A stretch of DNA of 64,000 bases from a virus. Taxonomy: Duplodnaviria > Caudoviricetes. Every line of letters starts with the position of its first letter. Positions within the stretch are counted from its first letter, which is position 1. The stretch covers positions 1 to 64,000 of the IMG/VR virus record IMGVR_UViG_3300044513_003764; one strand, given 5' to 3'. Under the pieces are notes generated by a model, which was not told the DNA's origin, searched no databases, and saw only the letters and a list, made by a program, of their open reading frames with translations. Below are positions 27,156 through 37,361 of this stretch, piece by piece. The position numbers and the translations under genes are program-made.

Positions 27156-27193
27156 GGCTAAGGTAAAGGCACTTATTGACCTAATTCTAAGGT

Positions 27194-27514
27194 ATGGCTG
27201 ATGCAAAAAATTACAACAAACTAAACGCTCTTGTATACGAAACGATTGTGTTCTTATGTAGGTTTTATCCTCTTAAGAGCAAACCCTGGATTCGGAGGAT
27301 CCTCGACTATTGCCTCCCCGACTGGTCGGCTTTTCGCGCTGAAGTCGCAATGTTAGAGGTGGAAGAGCAGATCAAGAATATCCAGAAAGAGTGGGAGAAA
27401 GAGGAAAGAGAAAAACAAGAACCTATTTACACAGAGGAATCCGCCGACGACTCTGAGGCACAGCGTTTACTAGGCGGAGAGATGAGACTCCGAGCGCCTT
27501 TTAGCGATCCTTAG
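27194..27514 (+). CDS. hypothetical protein
   Basis: ORF track. Confidence 0.65.
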   Translation: MADAKNYNKLNALVYETIVFLCRFYPLKSKPWIRRILDYCLPDWSAFRAEVAMLEVEEQIKNIQKEWEKEEREKQEPIYTEESADDSEAQRLLGGEMRLRAPFSDP

Positions 27515-27713
27515 AGCTTTTCCAAGCTCGGGCTTTACGACCAGCTCGTTTGGCAGTCTCAGTATTTGCCACGTGGGTGTTAACTGGCTTACCGCGTGTC
27601 GCTTCTTTCTTTTTTTCGTCCGTTGCTCGTCGTTCTTCGGCGGACATCGACGCCCAGGCAGCTTTAGGTAAGTACCGTTCAGTGCGTCCTTTCTCGCGTG
27701 CTACATCAGCCAT
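27501..27713 (-). CDS. DUF5872-like protein, C-terminal half
   Basis: ERYLPKAAWASMSAEERRATDEKK. Confidence 0.6.
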   Translation of the reverse strand: MADVAREKGRTERYLPKAAWASMSAEERRATDEKKKEATRGKPVNTHVANTETAKRAGRKARAWKSSKDR

Positions 27714-27816
27714 CAGATTCGTCTTCCTCGTATAAAGGGCAAGGTTCTTCGAAAAGGACAGAGATTCTCATCTCCTTGACGCGTTCATTAAGTTCGTCAA
27801 AGTCCTCTTCGCTCAT
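27706..27816 (-). CDS. 36-aa acidic peptide
   Basis: MSEEDFDELNERVKEMRISVLFEEPCPLYEEDESDG; overlaps both neighbours. Confidence 0.55.
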   Translation of the reverse strand: MSEEDFDELNERVKEMRISVLFEEPCPLYEEDESDG

Positions 27817-28037
27817 TTATTTTTCTCGTACTCTTCGCGAGTTTGCCAGTCCTCCTTAGACCACTTGCTTAGACGGTTTTTAGAGGACTTTTTACCTTCG
27901 TAGCGTCCACCAGCCTCCTTGTAGTACTTGGTGGCGAGCTGCATAGCTCGTGCGCTGTGTCCACCAAGCTTTTTGCGAGCTTTTGCTTTAGCTCGAGCCC
28001 ACTTTTCGGGGTCTTTTTTCTTAGCTACCTCAGCCAT
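27813..28037 (-). CDS. DUF5872-like protein, N-terminal half
   Basis: HSARAMQLA..YYKEAGGRY..LSKWSKEDWQT. Confidence 0.6.
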   Translation of the reverse strand: MAEVAKKKDPEKWARAKAKARKKLGGHSARAMQLATKYYKEAGGRYEGKKSSKNRLSKWSKEDWQTREEYEKNK

Positions 28038-28291
28038 TAGTCCCGTCCACTGGTGTTACGTTCAAATTTACGCCCCGCTTTACGCTCTTCTTTGTACTTT
28101 TTAGCGCGAGTTTTTGCGCGGGTTGCGCGGCTCATCTCGCCACGGCGTTTGCCTTTGCTTGTAGCTTCTTGGGTACCCTCTCGGAGGTCACCAGACTCCT
28201 GGAGAGTCTTGGTAGCGATAGCGTAAGCTGAATCCTTCGAGTAGCCTTTCTCTTCTAACCGTTTAACGGCATCATCTAAGATTGCGGGCAT
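28037..28291 (-). CDS. small basic hypothetical protein
   Basis: KGYSKDSAYAIAT..LQ..G pattern; K/R-rich tail. Confidence 0.7.
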   Translation of the reverse strand: MPAILDDAVKRLEEKGYSKDSAYAIATKTLQESGDLREGTQEATSKGKRRGEMSRATRAKTRAKKYKEERKAGRKFERNTSGRD

Positions 28292-28337
28292 GCCTGTAGA
28301 AGCGCTCGTATAATTTTAGTAGATCTAGTACTCAAAC

Positions 28338-28517
28338 ATGATCACCTATCTGCTTAACAATTGGGCTGAGGTTGCCGGTATTGCCGGTGCCCTCCACCTT
28401 CTGGCTCTCGCCATTGTGAATCTCACTCCTACCCCTAAGGATGACGAGATTTACGGCAAGTTCTACAAGGTGATCGAGATGATCGCAGGCATCATCAGTA
28501 AAACCGCTAAAAAGTAA
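28338..28517 (+). CDS. putative holin-like small membrane protein (59 aa)
   Basis: Hand translation; hydrophobic helix followed by NLTPTPKDD. Confidence 0.6.
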   Translation: MITYLLNNWAEVAGIAGALHLLALAIVNLTPTPKDDEIYGKFYKVIEMIAGIISKTAKK

Positions 28518-28883
28518 TTAAGCGGCTATTGCTATAGAGGGAAGTCTGGCAGGCACCAAAGAGAAAAGATCGGGTTCTCGCTGGTTCACCCAACGAAGAA
28601 TCCGATCTTCTCTGTCTTTAGTCCAGAAATCTTGAGCTCGGTACCACTCGAACCAACTCGAGGAGCTCTTCTCAAGGTTACAGGCGCCACAAGCAGCAAT
28701 AAGGTTCTGCTTAATCGTCGCGCCACCACGGGCTTTTGGAACTACGTGGTCAAGGGTTGTTGGTTTGGACCGTCCGCAGTAGGCACAACAACCCCAGTCA
28801 TCTAGGATTTGTCGTCGAAACTGTTTACGGGCGCATCTTTTCTGAAGACAAGTTAAATCAAATAAAAGATCCCGTTCGCTCAC
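28518..28883 (-). CDS. HNH endonuclease
   Basis: CAYCG..TLDHVVPKARGG....NL..AC..CN..K. Confidence 0.9.
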   Translation of the reverse strand: MSERDLLFDLTCLQKRCARKQFRRQILDDWGCCAYCGRSKPTTLDHVVPKARGGATIKQNLIAACGACNLEKSSSSWFEWYRAQDFWTKDREDRILRWVNQREPDLFSLVPARLPSIAIAA

Positions 28884-28943
28884 AAAAGTGAGTGCGGCTG
28901 CATATATTCTAACCGGAGATCTTAGACTTGCTGACCCTTAGAC

Positions 28944-31394
28944 TTAGCGTGCTCGGGCGTACTTGAAGGGGTTCTCGGCAAATGCTGCCCAGACGTAAGT
29001 CCCGCCATTTGTATTCATTTCATTTGATGTGCTTCTAGCCTTAAATCCGTTAGATAGAAAATCAGCTACTGCACTACTGCTTTCTAGAGCAGCGGTATTT
29101 GGATATAACTGACCGTCGACAACATTGTAGGTATCACGCGCACTATCTAGAATCATCCAAAAAGCGGTGCTGTCTGTTCTTTTGGTCATTATCCATCTCG
29201 GTCTAAACCCGGTATAAACAAACGTGCCGTCTGCGCTGCCGTTGCCGGTGTGGCTGCCGAAGGCGCTGTAGCCCTTAACTGGGGCGAAGCAGTAAGCAAC
29301 CATTTTTTTACCGCTGCCATTTGTTGCTCCGTGGGCACCAACACTAAAGACACTTGAAGTGGGCGAGGTGCTGTTCCAGTAAAGGGAAGCCGGTGTAGAC
29401 GAGTTGTCTAAATTAAGAAATAACGTATTAGCATTGCCAGTTGTTTTTGTATAAACACCCCACTCAGTCACTTGATCTCTGTTTTTGACAATGATCAACT
29501 CGGGAACAGCTCCCAAGCCGTGGCCAACTGTTGAGGCAGTCAGAGTTCCCGTCCAGCTAACAATCGAGAATCCCGCCGAGGGGTTGGCGCGGACGGTGCT
29601 GGTGATGCTGCCGTCGGTGTTCGGCGCGCTTGATGTACCCGCGTCCCAGTTCCAGGCGACGTATGTTTCAGGGGAAGCATTATATCTAGGATCTAAGTTT
29701 AGAGTAAAACCTGTACTCAAAAAGGATGTCAGACCATTAGATTCGGTTGCTTCAGCAGCATCAGAGTCTGTCGCAAGTTTTACTGTTGCGCCCCTAACCT
29801 GATCGATAAGCCTATGCCCATAGGTGTTAGATCGGGATTTAATCCACACGAAGTCGGGTTCAAAATTTAGACCGACTACATTCTGAACACCACTGTTACC
29901 TGAATAGGTCAGCACGTCGAAGACCGTACTGCCTTTCGTGATCAGCGACGTGTCGAAGTTGGCGGTGCAGAGTGCCTTGAAGCCGCTGGGGGCGCTGTGT
30001 TCGAAGGTGCGTTGGCCGAAGTTGGCTATAGCACTTACAGTTCCGCCCGATGTCCCGTTGCTGAGAGCAGGTGACCAGACTGAAAAGCTGGAAGGTAAGT
30101 TAATCGCCCCCTGCGAGACACCATCTTTGTAGAAAGTAATCGTTTTAGTGCCAGAATCCAAATCGAGTGCGGCACCAATAACCGCCCCAGTACTAGCAGC
30201 TGCGCCGTAACCGGTACTTGCACCGTCTACATATTTTGAACCGTTACCGAGATAATACCCAACAGCTCCACCGCCGAAAAGAGATATGGTGCTCTGAGCA
30301 ACAGAAGCGTCTATGATCCCAACGCCTAAAGCATTTGAGTTTGAAAAACCGTTATGAGTAACTTCCCAGTACCATTTTCCTGATGATTGTGCAAATGTGC
30401 CAGTAATACTGTTTCCTGATCCCGCAGCTAGTGTTACATCAAGATTGCCATTAGAGACTGTATTAGAACCACGCTGACGTAGCGGATTCCAAGTGCAATA
30501 GTTACCAGATAACTCACCGCCATATCCAGTGTCGGTTGTAGTTCCATCAGTAATATAATCAGCAAGACTATCATTACCTGCGCCAGGAGTTACACTAATG
30601 TTGTTGCTATCGTAGTAATTTCCGTTGCCACTGCTATCCGCACCTATCCCAACGTTTGAGCCACTGGTCGTGCTGCTGTTATCTGAAAAGTCAAGGTAAT
30701 AGCCATTGGTTCCGTATGTCACACCAGTGACAGTGATCGGATTCCACACGCCAGTGGTAACGTCAGTCGCACCGAAACTGCTCGGAGTTAAAACTTGACC
30801 ATCGAGGAAATGCACCTCTGCTAGCAAAAAATCTCCATGAAAACGAGTGCCATAAGGATCATTTAGTTCAGCGCCAATCGCAGCCTTCCCTACATCGTTA
30901 ATACTTAACTCATAGTTAAGGGTTGGCCATCCGGGAGAAGCGGTTACGGTAAGAGTCTGAAGTACACCATTAACCCAGATCTTGACCCGATTGCTATCAG
31001 TTGCTTGCGTTGTGTCAACAGCAAGAACGACGTGATACCACGCCGATGGATCTCTAAAAACAGCTTGTGTCCCAACCGAACCAGCGCTATCAACCTTAAA
31101 AACTAGAGTGTCTGCAGTCCCAAGGGCGTTTGAGGCATTATCAGGAAAACATAAATACGCACCCTGATCTGTTCCAGTGCTACCAGAGAAAAGATTGTAA
31201 GGAAAAGCGCCGAGCTTCCCCCTTTTTAACCAGCAAGAAAACGTGAATTTCCTTGTATCACCTTTTGTTGTGACTGTACGGGTTAAAGAAGCGCTGTCGG
31301 CTGAGTTGAACCGTAGCGAATAATTTTCAGCAACGGAAGGGCCAGCAGCGGCAGAAGTTAGAAGTAGAGAATTGGACCCACCAGGAACCGACAT
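28944..31394 (-). CDS. fibre / receptor-binding protein with LamG (ConA-like) and SPRY-like domains, paralog A
   Basis: SLRFNSADS, FRDPSAWYHVV, GKWYWEV, NFGQR; ends FAENPFKYARAR. Confidence 0.8.
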   Translation of the reverse strand: MSVPGGSNSLLLTSAAAGPSVAENYSLRFNSADSASLTRTVTTKGDTRKFTFSCWLKRGKLGAFPYNLFSGSTGTDQGAYLCFPDNASNALGTADTLVFKVDSAGSVGTQAVFRDPSAWYHVVLAVDTTQATDSNRVKIWVNGVLQTLTVTASPGWPTLNYELSINDVGKAAIGAELNDPYGTRFHGDFLLAEVHFLDGQVLTPSSFGATDVTTGVWNPITVTGVTYGTNGYYLDFSDNSSTTSGSNVGIGADSSGNGNYYDSNNISVTPGAGNDSLADYITDGTTTDTGYGGELSGNYCTWNPLRQRGSNTVSNGNLDVTLAAGSGNSITGTFAQSSGKWYWEVTHNGFSNSNALGVGIIDASVAQSTISLFGGGAVGYYLGNGSKYVDGASTGYGAAASTGAVIGAALDLDSGTKTITFYKDGVSQGAINLPSSFSVWSPALSNGTSGGTVSAIANFGQRTFEHSAPSGFKALCTANFDTSLITKGSTVFDVLTYSGNSGVQNVVGLNFEPDFVWIKSRSNTYGHRLIDQVRGATVKLATDSDAAEATESNGLTSFLSTGFTLNLDPRYNASPETYVAWNWDAGTSSAPNTDGSITSTVRANPSAGFSIVSWTGTLTASTVGHGLGAVPELIIVKNRDQVTEWGVYTKTTGNANTLFLNLDNSSTPASLYWNSTSPTSSVFSVGAHGATNGSGKKMVAYCFAPVKGYSAFGSHTGNGSADGTFVYTGFRPRWIMTKRTDSTAFWMILDSARDTYNVVDGQLYPNTAALESSSAVADFLSNGFKARSTSNEMNTNGGTYVWAAFAENPFKYARAR

Positions 31395-31403
31395 CGCTTA
31401 ACC

Positions 31404-32126
31404 TCAAACTCCAGAAACGGCTGCAATCAGATTGCCAACAATAGTGGAAGTACTGGCTGCGTAATAAGCGAGCAAATCAGTCCCGCTCGGGGTCACTGTA
31501 AGAGTAGGAGCAGCTCCATTGGAGAAGGACCAGCCGCCGCTATAAGAAAGTAAACGAGTGCCAGTGCCGTCTTGACGGATATAAATAGCACCGCTCTGAC
31601 CGCCGCTTGGAGACACGCTGGGTGCAAGGGTCGAGTCACCCTGGAGGGTGATGTCGAAGTTATTATTGGCGGAGAAGTCGAGAAGGATTACGCCAGAGCT
31701 TACGGTCGAAGAAACAACTCCGTAAGACTGAGAGTCGACCACGAGAGTTCCGCTGACAATATCGCCAGCTTTAGAGACCTTCGACGTTAGGTCAGTAAGA
31801 GCCGCACTACCAGATGCAAGAGCGGTGGAAGCATCGACAAGGGCTGCGTTACCGGAAGCGAGGGCAGTAGCAGCAGAGGCAAGAGCAGCATTACCGGAAG
31901 CCTGGGCGGAACCGTCAATCGCCAGGGCATCGTCGGCGAAGATCAGGCCGCTGGCAGCAGGTGCAATCGATGCGTTGATGGTTACCGTGCCGCCGGTAAG
32001 GTCGCCGCCGCCGTCTAAACCACTGCCAGCAGCCAGAGTTCCGGCTGTTGCGCCGACAACGGTATCGCCGACCGGAAGTTCGGAAGTAACTCCACTAACT
32101 ACAACTAACGGTCGACGTGTTGCCAT
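31404..32126 (-). CDS. SG-rich fibre adaptor protein, paralog A
   Basis: Three ASGNAAL-type repeats with 14-aa period; RQDGTG.RLLSYSGGW. Confidence 0.75.
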   Translation of the reverse strand: MATRRPLVVVSGVTSELPVGDTVVGATAGTLAAGSGLDGGGDLTGGTVTINASIAPAASGLIFADDALAIDGSAQASGNAALASAATALASGNAALVDASTALASGSAALTDLTSKVSKAGDIVSGTLVVDSQSYGVVSSTVSSGVILLDFSANNNFDITLQGDSTLAPSVSPSGGQSGAIYIRQDGTGTRLLSYSGGWSFSNGAAPTLTVTPSGTDLLAYYAASTSTIVGNLIAAVSGV

Positions 32127-32155
32127 GGCTTTTCCCTCGTTATTTAAGTATAACC

Positions 32156-32659
32156 TCAGTCGTAGAGGATGACGGGAGGTTCGATCTCGACCTGTAGCTC
32201 AGTATTACTTAAGGCTTGGCCAATATTGACCAAAGCCGCGTAACCACTGGCTGCAGTAACGGTACCGGAAGCAGTACTAAAAGCAGTTAACTGCCCGTCG
32301 TACTGAGACAAGTAGTAGTACTGACCGGGAACGAGCTCGGTAGCAGCAGTGATGTTTGCTGCACCAATAACCGCAGTGTCATCGAGGATGACAGCAACGG
32401 TGGACGAGGTAGAAGCAGCTGCGGCAGTAATACCGATAGCGTTGTACTGAGTGGATGCCACGCCGCTTGCTGCTGAGGCAGGAAGGACGTAGGTTCCACT
32501 GACGTAAACGACCTCACCCTGGATCAGGTTGGCTCCAGCGGTGAAATCTTGAGTGGTCGCAGGCGACGTAGAGACACCGGCACCATTGACGAGCCAGACC
32601 TGCTGACCCGCCGGGGTGAAATCAGTGTACTGTCGGTTGAAAATACCGCGTGTCGTCAT
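32156..32659 (-). CDS. small beta-rich virion protein (DUF2190-like), paralog A
   Basis: FTAGANLIQGEVVYV..A.G; PGQYYYLS. Confidence 0.65.
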   Translation of the reverse strand: MTTRGIFNRQYTDFTPAGQQVWLVNGAGVSTSPATTQDFTAGANLIQGEVVYVSGTYVLPASAASGVASTQYNAIGITAAAASTSSTVAVILDDTAVIGAANITAATELVPGQYYYLSQYDGQLTAFSTASGTVTAASGYAALVNIGQALSNTELQVEIEPPVILYD

Positions 32660-32664
32660 AGCGA

Positions 32665-33174
32665 TCAGACTCCACTAGGGTCAACACCGCTCGGTTCGAC
32701 GTATTGGGGCCAATAGTTGTAGTCAGAGGGAGCACCGCCGGAAGGGGTGATGTAAGTGACGTAATCAGCCAGTCCGGGAGTATCGGTGGTCAGGGACAGC
32801 ATGGTCACCTTGCCTTCGCAGGCGTAACGGATGTCCTGACGCCAAGCCTTAAGGCCGCTGGGTACCACGGTGCCGTTGTCGGCCTCACGAATGACCATCC
32901 AGTCAGTCGGAGCCAGAAAGCCATTTGCCGCTTGACGCGTCGTGTCGGTCCACTGGGTGACCAGCTGACCATGATCCTTAGGGATCAACGTACCGCTAGC
33001 TGTATATCCCCAGTAAAAACGTTGGTCGTAGGAGGGAGGGTCCGGAACCCAAGTAATACCAATGGCTTCACGAGCTGCGGTTGAAGATAACCTCAGCCAA
33101 TTAGCAGGATAAAGGGTACCGTTTGCCTCAAACGGCCTATCGAGGGCTAACGGTTTTCCGTTTAAGACAAACAT
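32665..33174 (-). CDS. tail-fibre assembly/chaperone-like protein
   Basis: YPANWLRLS....REAIGI; FYWG; LAPTDWMVIR; WRQDIR. Confidence 0.65.
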   Translation of the reverse strand: MFVLNGKPLALDRPFEANGTLYPANWLRLSSTAAREAIGITWVPDPPSYDQRFYWGYTASGTLIPKDHGQLVTQWTDTTRQAANGFLAPTDWMVIREADNGTVVPSGLKAWRQDIRYACEGKVTMLSLTTDTPGLADYVTYITPSGGAPSDYNYWPQYVEPSGVDPSGV

Positions 33175-33245
33175 CGCCGCGCGGATTTTTTTAAATTCTA
33201 ACCGTTAAGTCGACGGTAGAGCAAATGCCGACTTTATTAGTTTCT

Positions 33246-36200
33246 CTATCGCGCACGGGTGTACTTGAAGGGGTTTTCGGCGAAAGCTGCCCACACATAA
33301 GTAGTGTTGGCAAAGTTACTAGATTGAAACGCATTACGTATTTTAAATCCGTTTGATACAAAGTCGCCGAACGCGGCGTTCGCATCCTCATCCTGTGTGT
33401 TAGGTCGTAGATAGTCACCTACGACATTGTAAGGATTCCGTTGGGCATCAAGAATGATCCAATCAGTTGTATCAGTAGAGGCTTTGAATAGCAGCCACCG
33501 TGGTCTGAAACCTGTAGACAGGAACGGTCCATCTGAAGACCCGGTCCCAACGTATGAGCCAAAAGCGCTAAAACCATCGACTGGGGCGAAACAAAGGGCC
33601 AAACAATTACCAATGACCTGGCCGTTCGTGCCAACAGTAAACACGTCTGGTGTTGGCTCCGTATTATTCCATCTATCTATACTCTGATTTGCAATATTAT
33701 TTCGTTGCAGAATTAAATACGAAGTAGCAGTTAGGCTCTCATGGTAAACCATCCAGGAAAGCGCACTGTCTCTATTTTTTACAATTATCAGGGCTGGTTT
33801 GGCTCCGAGACCGTGAGCTACAGTCACATTACCTGTTGACCCTCCGTCATAAGTAACGACGGAGCACCCGGCACTGACGTTAGCTCTCACAGTAGATGCA
33901 ACAGTCCCCGCTCCTGGCGTAACACCAGGCGTATAAGTGGTGTTAGACGACCCAACATTCCAAATCCAGCCGACATAGGTGCCGCCGGATTGATTAGTTT
34001 CGAGACCAGAACCTGAAAGATTAAAACCTGTAGAGGTCGTAGATGTAATAACGCTAGTTGTATCCTCTGAAAGTGCTTGGTTCGGATAAAGGGTTTTAGT
34101 TGCCGACGTACCAAACCCACGGAGAGCGTCGTAGAGGACATGATCTGCGAGAGGTAAGTTTCGTCTCTTAATCCAAAGAAGACTCGGATCGAACCCTGTT
34201 CCAGGTAAGGTTATTGTCTGAGCACTTCCTGTTCCCGAATAGGTGACGACATCCATAGCGGTGGATGAGTTTTTAATCAAAGGCTCGACGAGGTTGGCGG
34301 TGCAGAGTGCTTTGAAGCCTTCGGGGGCGGCGTGGGCGAAGGGGCGTTGGCCGAAGTTTAAGTTTGCAGTGCTATATGCACCGCCTCCGAGCTCACCAAC
34401 CTCAGGCGAATAAAGTCCGGCAGACATACCAGAAAATGCTACGCCTTGGCTTGATCCATTCCTGTAAAAGGTTATCGAGAGATTCTGTAAATCAAGAGCA
34501 ACACCAATTACATCGCCGCTGACCCAAGTATCTCCATACGAACTAGTGATGTTGTTATTCATCTTAAGTCCATTATTTCGGTAGATATAACTAGCAGAAC
34601 TTTGGCCAGGGATGCCAACTGTTCGTCCCACACCTAGAGCTCCCCAGTCAGATCCAACTACATTGGAAAAAGTCGCCTCCCAGTACCATTTACCAGAAGA
34701 AACAAAGAAAGTTGAAAGCGCGCCCGATGCTACGCTTGCGCTGCCTACTAAGGTGAGATTGCCGTTGGATATTGTTGTTTGATTGTTGGCCAGCGGGTTG
34801 AGCGTGCAATAGTTCCCGCTGATTTGACCGCCCAACCCGGTGTCACCGCTAGAAGCACCGGATGTGGGGTGATCTGTGAGGGTATCAGTGTTCCCATTAG
34901 AAACATATGTGTTAGGACCAACCACGTACTTGCCTACACCACCGAGCCAGGTATTAGCTACTTCAGTTAGTTTGATCGTATTTGTGGTCGAATCAACCTC
35001 AAACACGTTACCTGTACCAGCCGCCTTGGTTACTTCAGCAGTTTGAGTACTGCTGGTATCCCATGACCCGCCTGTACCGCTCAGTAAGAGCTGATTAGCG
35101 CTAGGTGCGCTTCCAAGAACAGTACCATTAGGAATCAGATCAGCGTCTTTAAGAATCTGACCGTTTACACGGATTGCGTGCCAACGCGGGAAATTACTAC
35201 TGCCACCGTAAAACTCTCGAACCTGAATGCTAGTTAGGTTGCCACTAAATGGAAGGAGAGCTGTTACGTCGTTCCATCCAGCTCCGGTATTGGTAACCCA
35301 ACCTGATCCATTGACAGAAACTTCGCTGCTGGTATTACCTACCTCCAAATACACTTCTAAACGTTGAACGTTTGAAATTGAAGTGTTATGCGTAATAATG
35401 TTTGTAGTATTACTACCGAACAGTGTTGCATAACCACTTGTGCTGCCGTTATACAAGCTGGTAGGGTTAGTAACAGTAGCAGATGAGCCTCCAGAGGTTC
35501 CGGTAAGATTAGAGCTATAGGTAGGACCGGCAGAAGCGTTGTCCTGGTAGATAGTATCTCCTGCAGCAAAACTTGAAAGGTTAGTAGAACCAGTCAGATC
35601 TAGCTTGGTGTCACCCCTTACAGCCTTAACGCCATCAATGTAATAGCCTGACACATATTGATTAGCATTAGCAGCATAAGCATCTACAAGACCTAACAAA
35701 GTAGGAGTAGAAAAGGTGTGCGTTACTAGCCACGCTGAACCTGCCCATCCACTAATTGGCTTTAGGACCGCAGTAGCTGTTGAGCTTACGTTAACTCCGT
35801 TAACATTTAACCTGCTTCCATCAACATTCCAACCGCTGCTATTATTGGACATGGTGGCCCAGACACCAATGCTAGTGACATACAGGCCCAAACTTGTAAA
35901 GTCTGCAGATGCAGTCGAGAGACCTGGACTCCAAGGCGGAACACTGTTGTATTCAGGTCTAAAAGCGTTAGCAATTGTGTTGAGATTGCCAGTGAAAGTG
36001 GCATCGTTCTGATAATCTAGGCGCGTAAAACCAGAGATAGTATCTGAAGATAGTGTCGTACCGCTATCTTGTGAAACAGCGTCAGAAGGGTAAATCTTAC
36101 TAAGATCTTGATCTGAAGCTAACGTAAGGACGGTCTTAGCAGGAAGAATAGTCCAGTCGTTTGCGGCAACGTTTTGACCAGGATTCGCGTAAGCGTAGTA

Positions 36201-37358
36201 TTGATAAGCGGTTGTTGAGGTTATTCTCCTACCTCTGTTTGTCTCGTAAGCAATAAAGTTCCAAGTGGCCCCACCATTATTTGATCCGTATAAAACGGCT
36301 GCCTGAGCACTAATAAGTGATGGGTATCCAATGGTTACTGCACTAGCAGTATCTAACTCAAAATAAAGCCACGCGTCAGATCCCCAGTTAATAACTGAAG
36401 GATCGGAAGGGTTAAACGTTGAACCTACATTAATAACCTGATCGCCCATATTAATGGCCGATGCCCAGCTATTATTTGGCGCACCAGCGTTAGATCCGCC
36501 GCCTCTACGGTTTTTAAAGGTAGAAACCGCCTGGGATTCAATAGTAACTGTGCTAATAGTATCTGTGTTAGCAGCAGTAACACCTAAAGGCGTAAAGTTT
36601 ACCGCATCGAAATTATTACCCTGTCCACTACTATCGTAACCAAGAGACTCAATGGAACCTGTGTTACTGAAGGTAAGACGATAGCCGTTAGTGCCGTAGG
36701 TCAAACCAGAAAGGTCCGAGAGCGGATTCCATACGCCAGTGGTGGGGTCAAACTCACCGAAGTCGGTGGGGGCTAGCGCTTGACCGTCGATGAAGTTGAT
36801 GTCGGCTAGGTAAGCGGATAAATAGACTCCCCGAAAAGTACCGTAAGTGCCAATGCCGTGTTCAACAGTCGTATTGATTAAGCTGTTAAGACTCGGAGAC
36901 GGGTTTGTCCTTGTGCTGAATTGGTCTACTTCTACACCGTTAATGTAAATACGATGCCTAGAATCTGCAGTACCGTTGCTGGAGTCCCAGACAACAACCA
37001 TGTGCGCCCAGGCTGACGGATCTCGAAAACCTTGGTCCGTAATCAAACGAGCTGTATAGGATCCACTTTGAATCTGAGCAAAATCAAGCGTATTGCCACT
37101 TAGATAACGTAAAAACTGACCATTAGTCGCTCCCGCGTCTAAGTAACCAAACAAAATCTCGTTGACATCTAGCTTGGATTTCTTTACCCAAAAGCTAAGT
37201 GTCCACGTATTAAGGTCACCCTCATTTGCCGGGAAACGGCTAAGGTACGCGCTATCAGCTGCGTTAAACCGCAGCGATTTTTTGATTTCGGAGCCACCGC
37301 CGCCAGCAGCAGCTCCAGCAGCGCCAAAAAAGGGAGCCGACGCAGAACCTAATGCCAT
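33246..37358 (-). CDS. large fibre / receptor-binding protein with LamG and SPRY-like domains, paralog B
   Basis: Same N- and C-terminal domains as 28944..31394 plus a ~550-aa central insert; ends FAENPFKYTRAR. Confidence 0.8.
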   Translation of the reverse strand: MALGSASAPFFGAAGAAAGGGGSEIKKSLRFNAADSAYLSRFPANEGDLNTWTLSFWVKKSKLDVNEILFGYLDAGATNGQFLRYLSGNTLDFAQIQSGSYTARLITDQGFRDPSAWAHMVVVWDSSNGTADSRHRIYINGVEVDQFSTRTNPSPSLNSLINTTVEHGIGTYGTFRGVYLSAYLADINFIDGQALAPTDFGEFDPTTGVWNPLSDLSGLTYGTNGYRLTFSNTGSIESLGYDSSGQGNNFDAVNFTPLGVTAANTDTISTVTIESQAVSTFKNRRGGGSNAGAPNNSWASAINMGDQVINVGSTFNPSDPSVINWGSDAWLYFELDTASAVTIGYPSLISAQAAVLYGSNNGGATWNFIAYETNRGRRITSTTAYQYYAYANPGQNVAANDWTILPAKTVLTLASDQDLSKIYPSDAVSQDSGTTLSSDTISGFTRLDYQNDATFTGNLNTIANAFRPEYNSVPPWSPGLSTASADFTSLGLYVTSIGVWATMSNNSSGWNVDGSRLNVNGVNVSSTATAVLKPISGWAGSAWLVTHTFSTPTLLGLVDAYAANANQYVSGYYIDGVKAVRGDTKLDLTGSTNLSSFAAGDTIYQDNASAGPTYSSNLTGTSGGSSATVTNPTSLYNGSTSGYATLFGSNTTNIITHNTSISNVQRLEVYLEVGNTSSEVSVNGSGWVTNTGAGWNDVTALLPFSGNLTSIQVREFYGGSSNFPRWHAIRVNGQILKDADLIPNGTVLGSAPSANQLLLSGTGGSWDTSSTQTAEVTKAAGTGNVFEVDSTTNTIKLTEVANTWLGGVGKYVVGPNTYVSNGNTDTLTDHPTSGASSGDTGLGGQISGNYCTLNPLANNQTTISNGNLTLVGSASVASGALSTFFVSSGKWYWEATFSNVVGSDWGALGVGRTVGIPGQSSASYIYRNNGLKMNNNITSSYGDTWVSGDVIGVALDLQNLSITFYRNGSSQGVAFSGMSAGLYSPEVGELGGGAYSTANLNFGQRPFAHAAPEGFKALCTANLVEPLIKNSSTAMDVVTYSGTGSAQTITLPGTGFDPSLLWIKRRNLPLADHVLYDALRGFGTSATKTLYPNQALSEDTTSVITSTTSTGFNLSGSGLETNQSGGTYVGWIWNVGSSNTTYTPGVTPGAGTVASTVRANVSAGCSVVTYDGGSTGNVTVAHGLGAKPALIIVKNRDSALSWMVYHESLTATSYLILQRNNIANQSIDRWNNTEPTPDVFTVGTNGQVIGNCLALCFAPVDGFSAFGSYVGTGSSDGPFLSTGFRPRWLLFKASTDTTDWIILDAQRNPYNVVGDYLRPNTQDEDANAAFGDFVSNGFKIRNAFQSSNFANTTYVWAAFAENPFKYTRAR

Positions 37359-37361
37359 CTA

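Noticed and set aside
28944-33300. Similar 3' ends of the two fibre genes as a DGR template/variable repeat pair
   Set aside because: Differences are synonymous C/T and G/C changes rather than adenine-specific; both copies are coding; no reverse transcriptase in the window.
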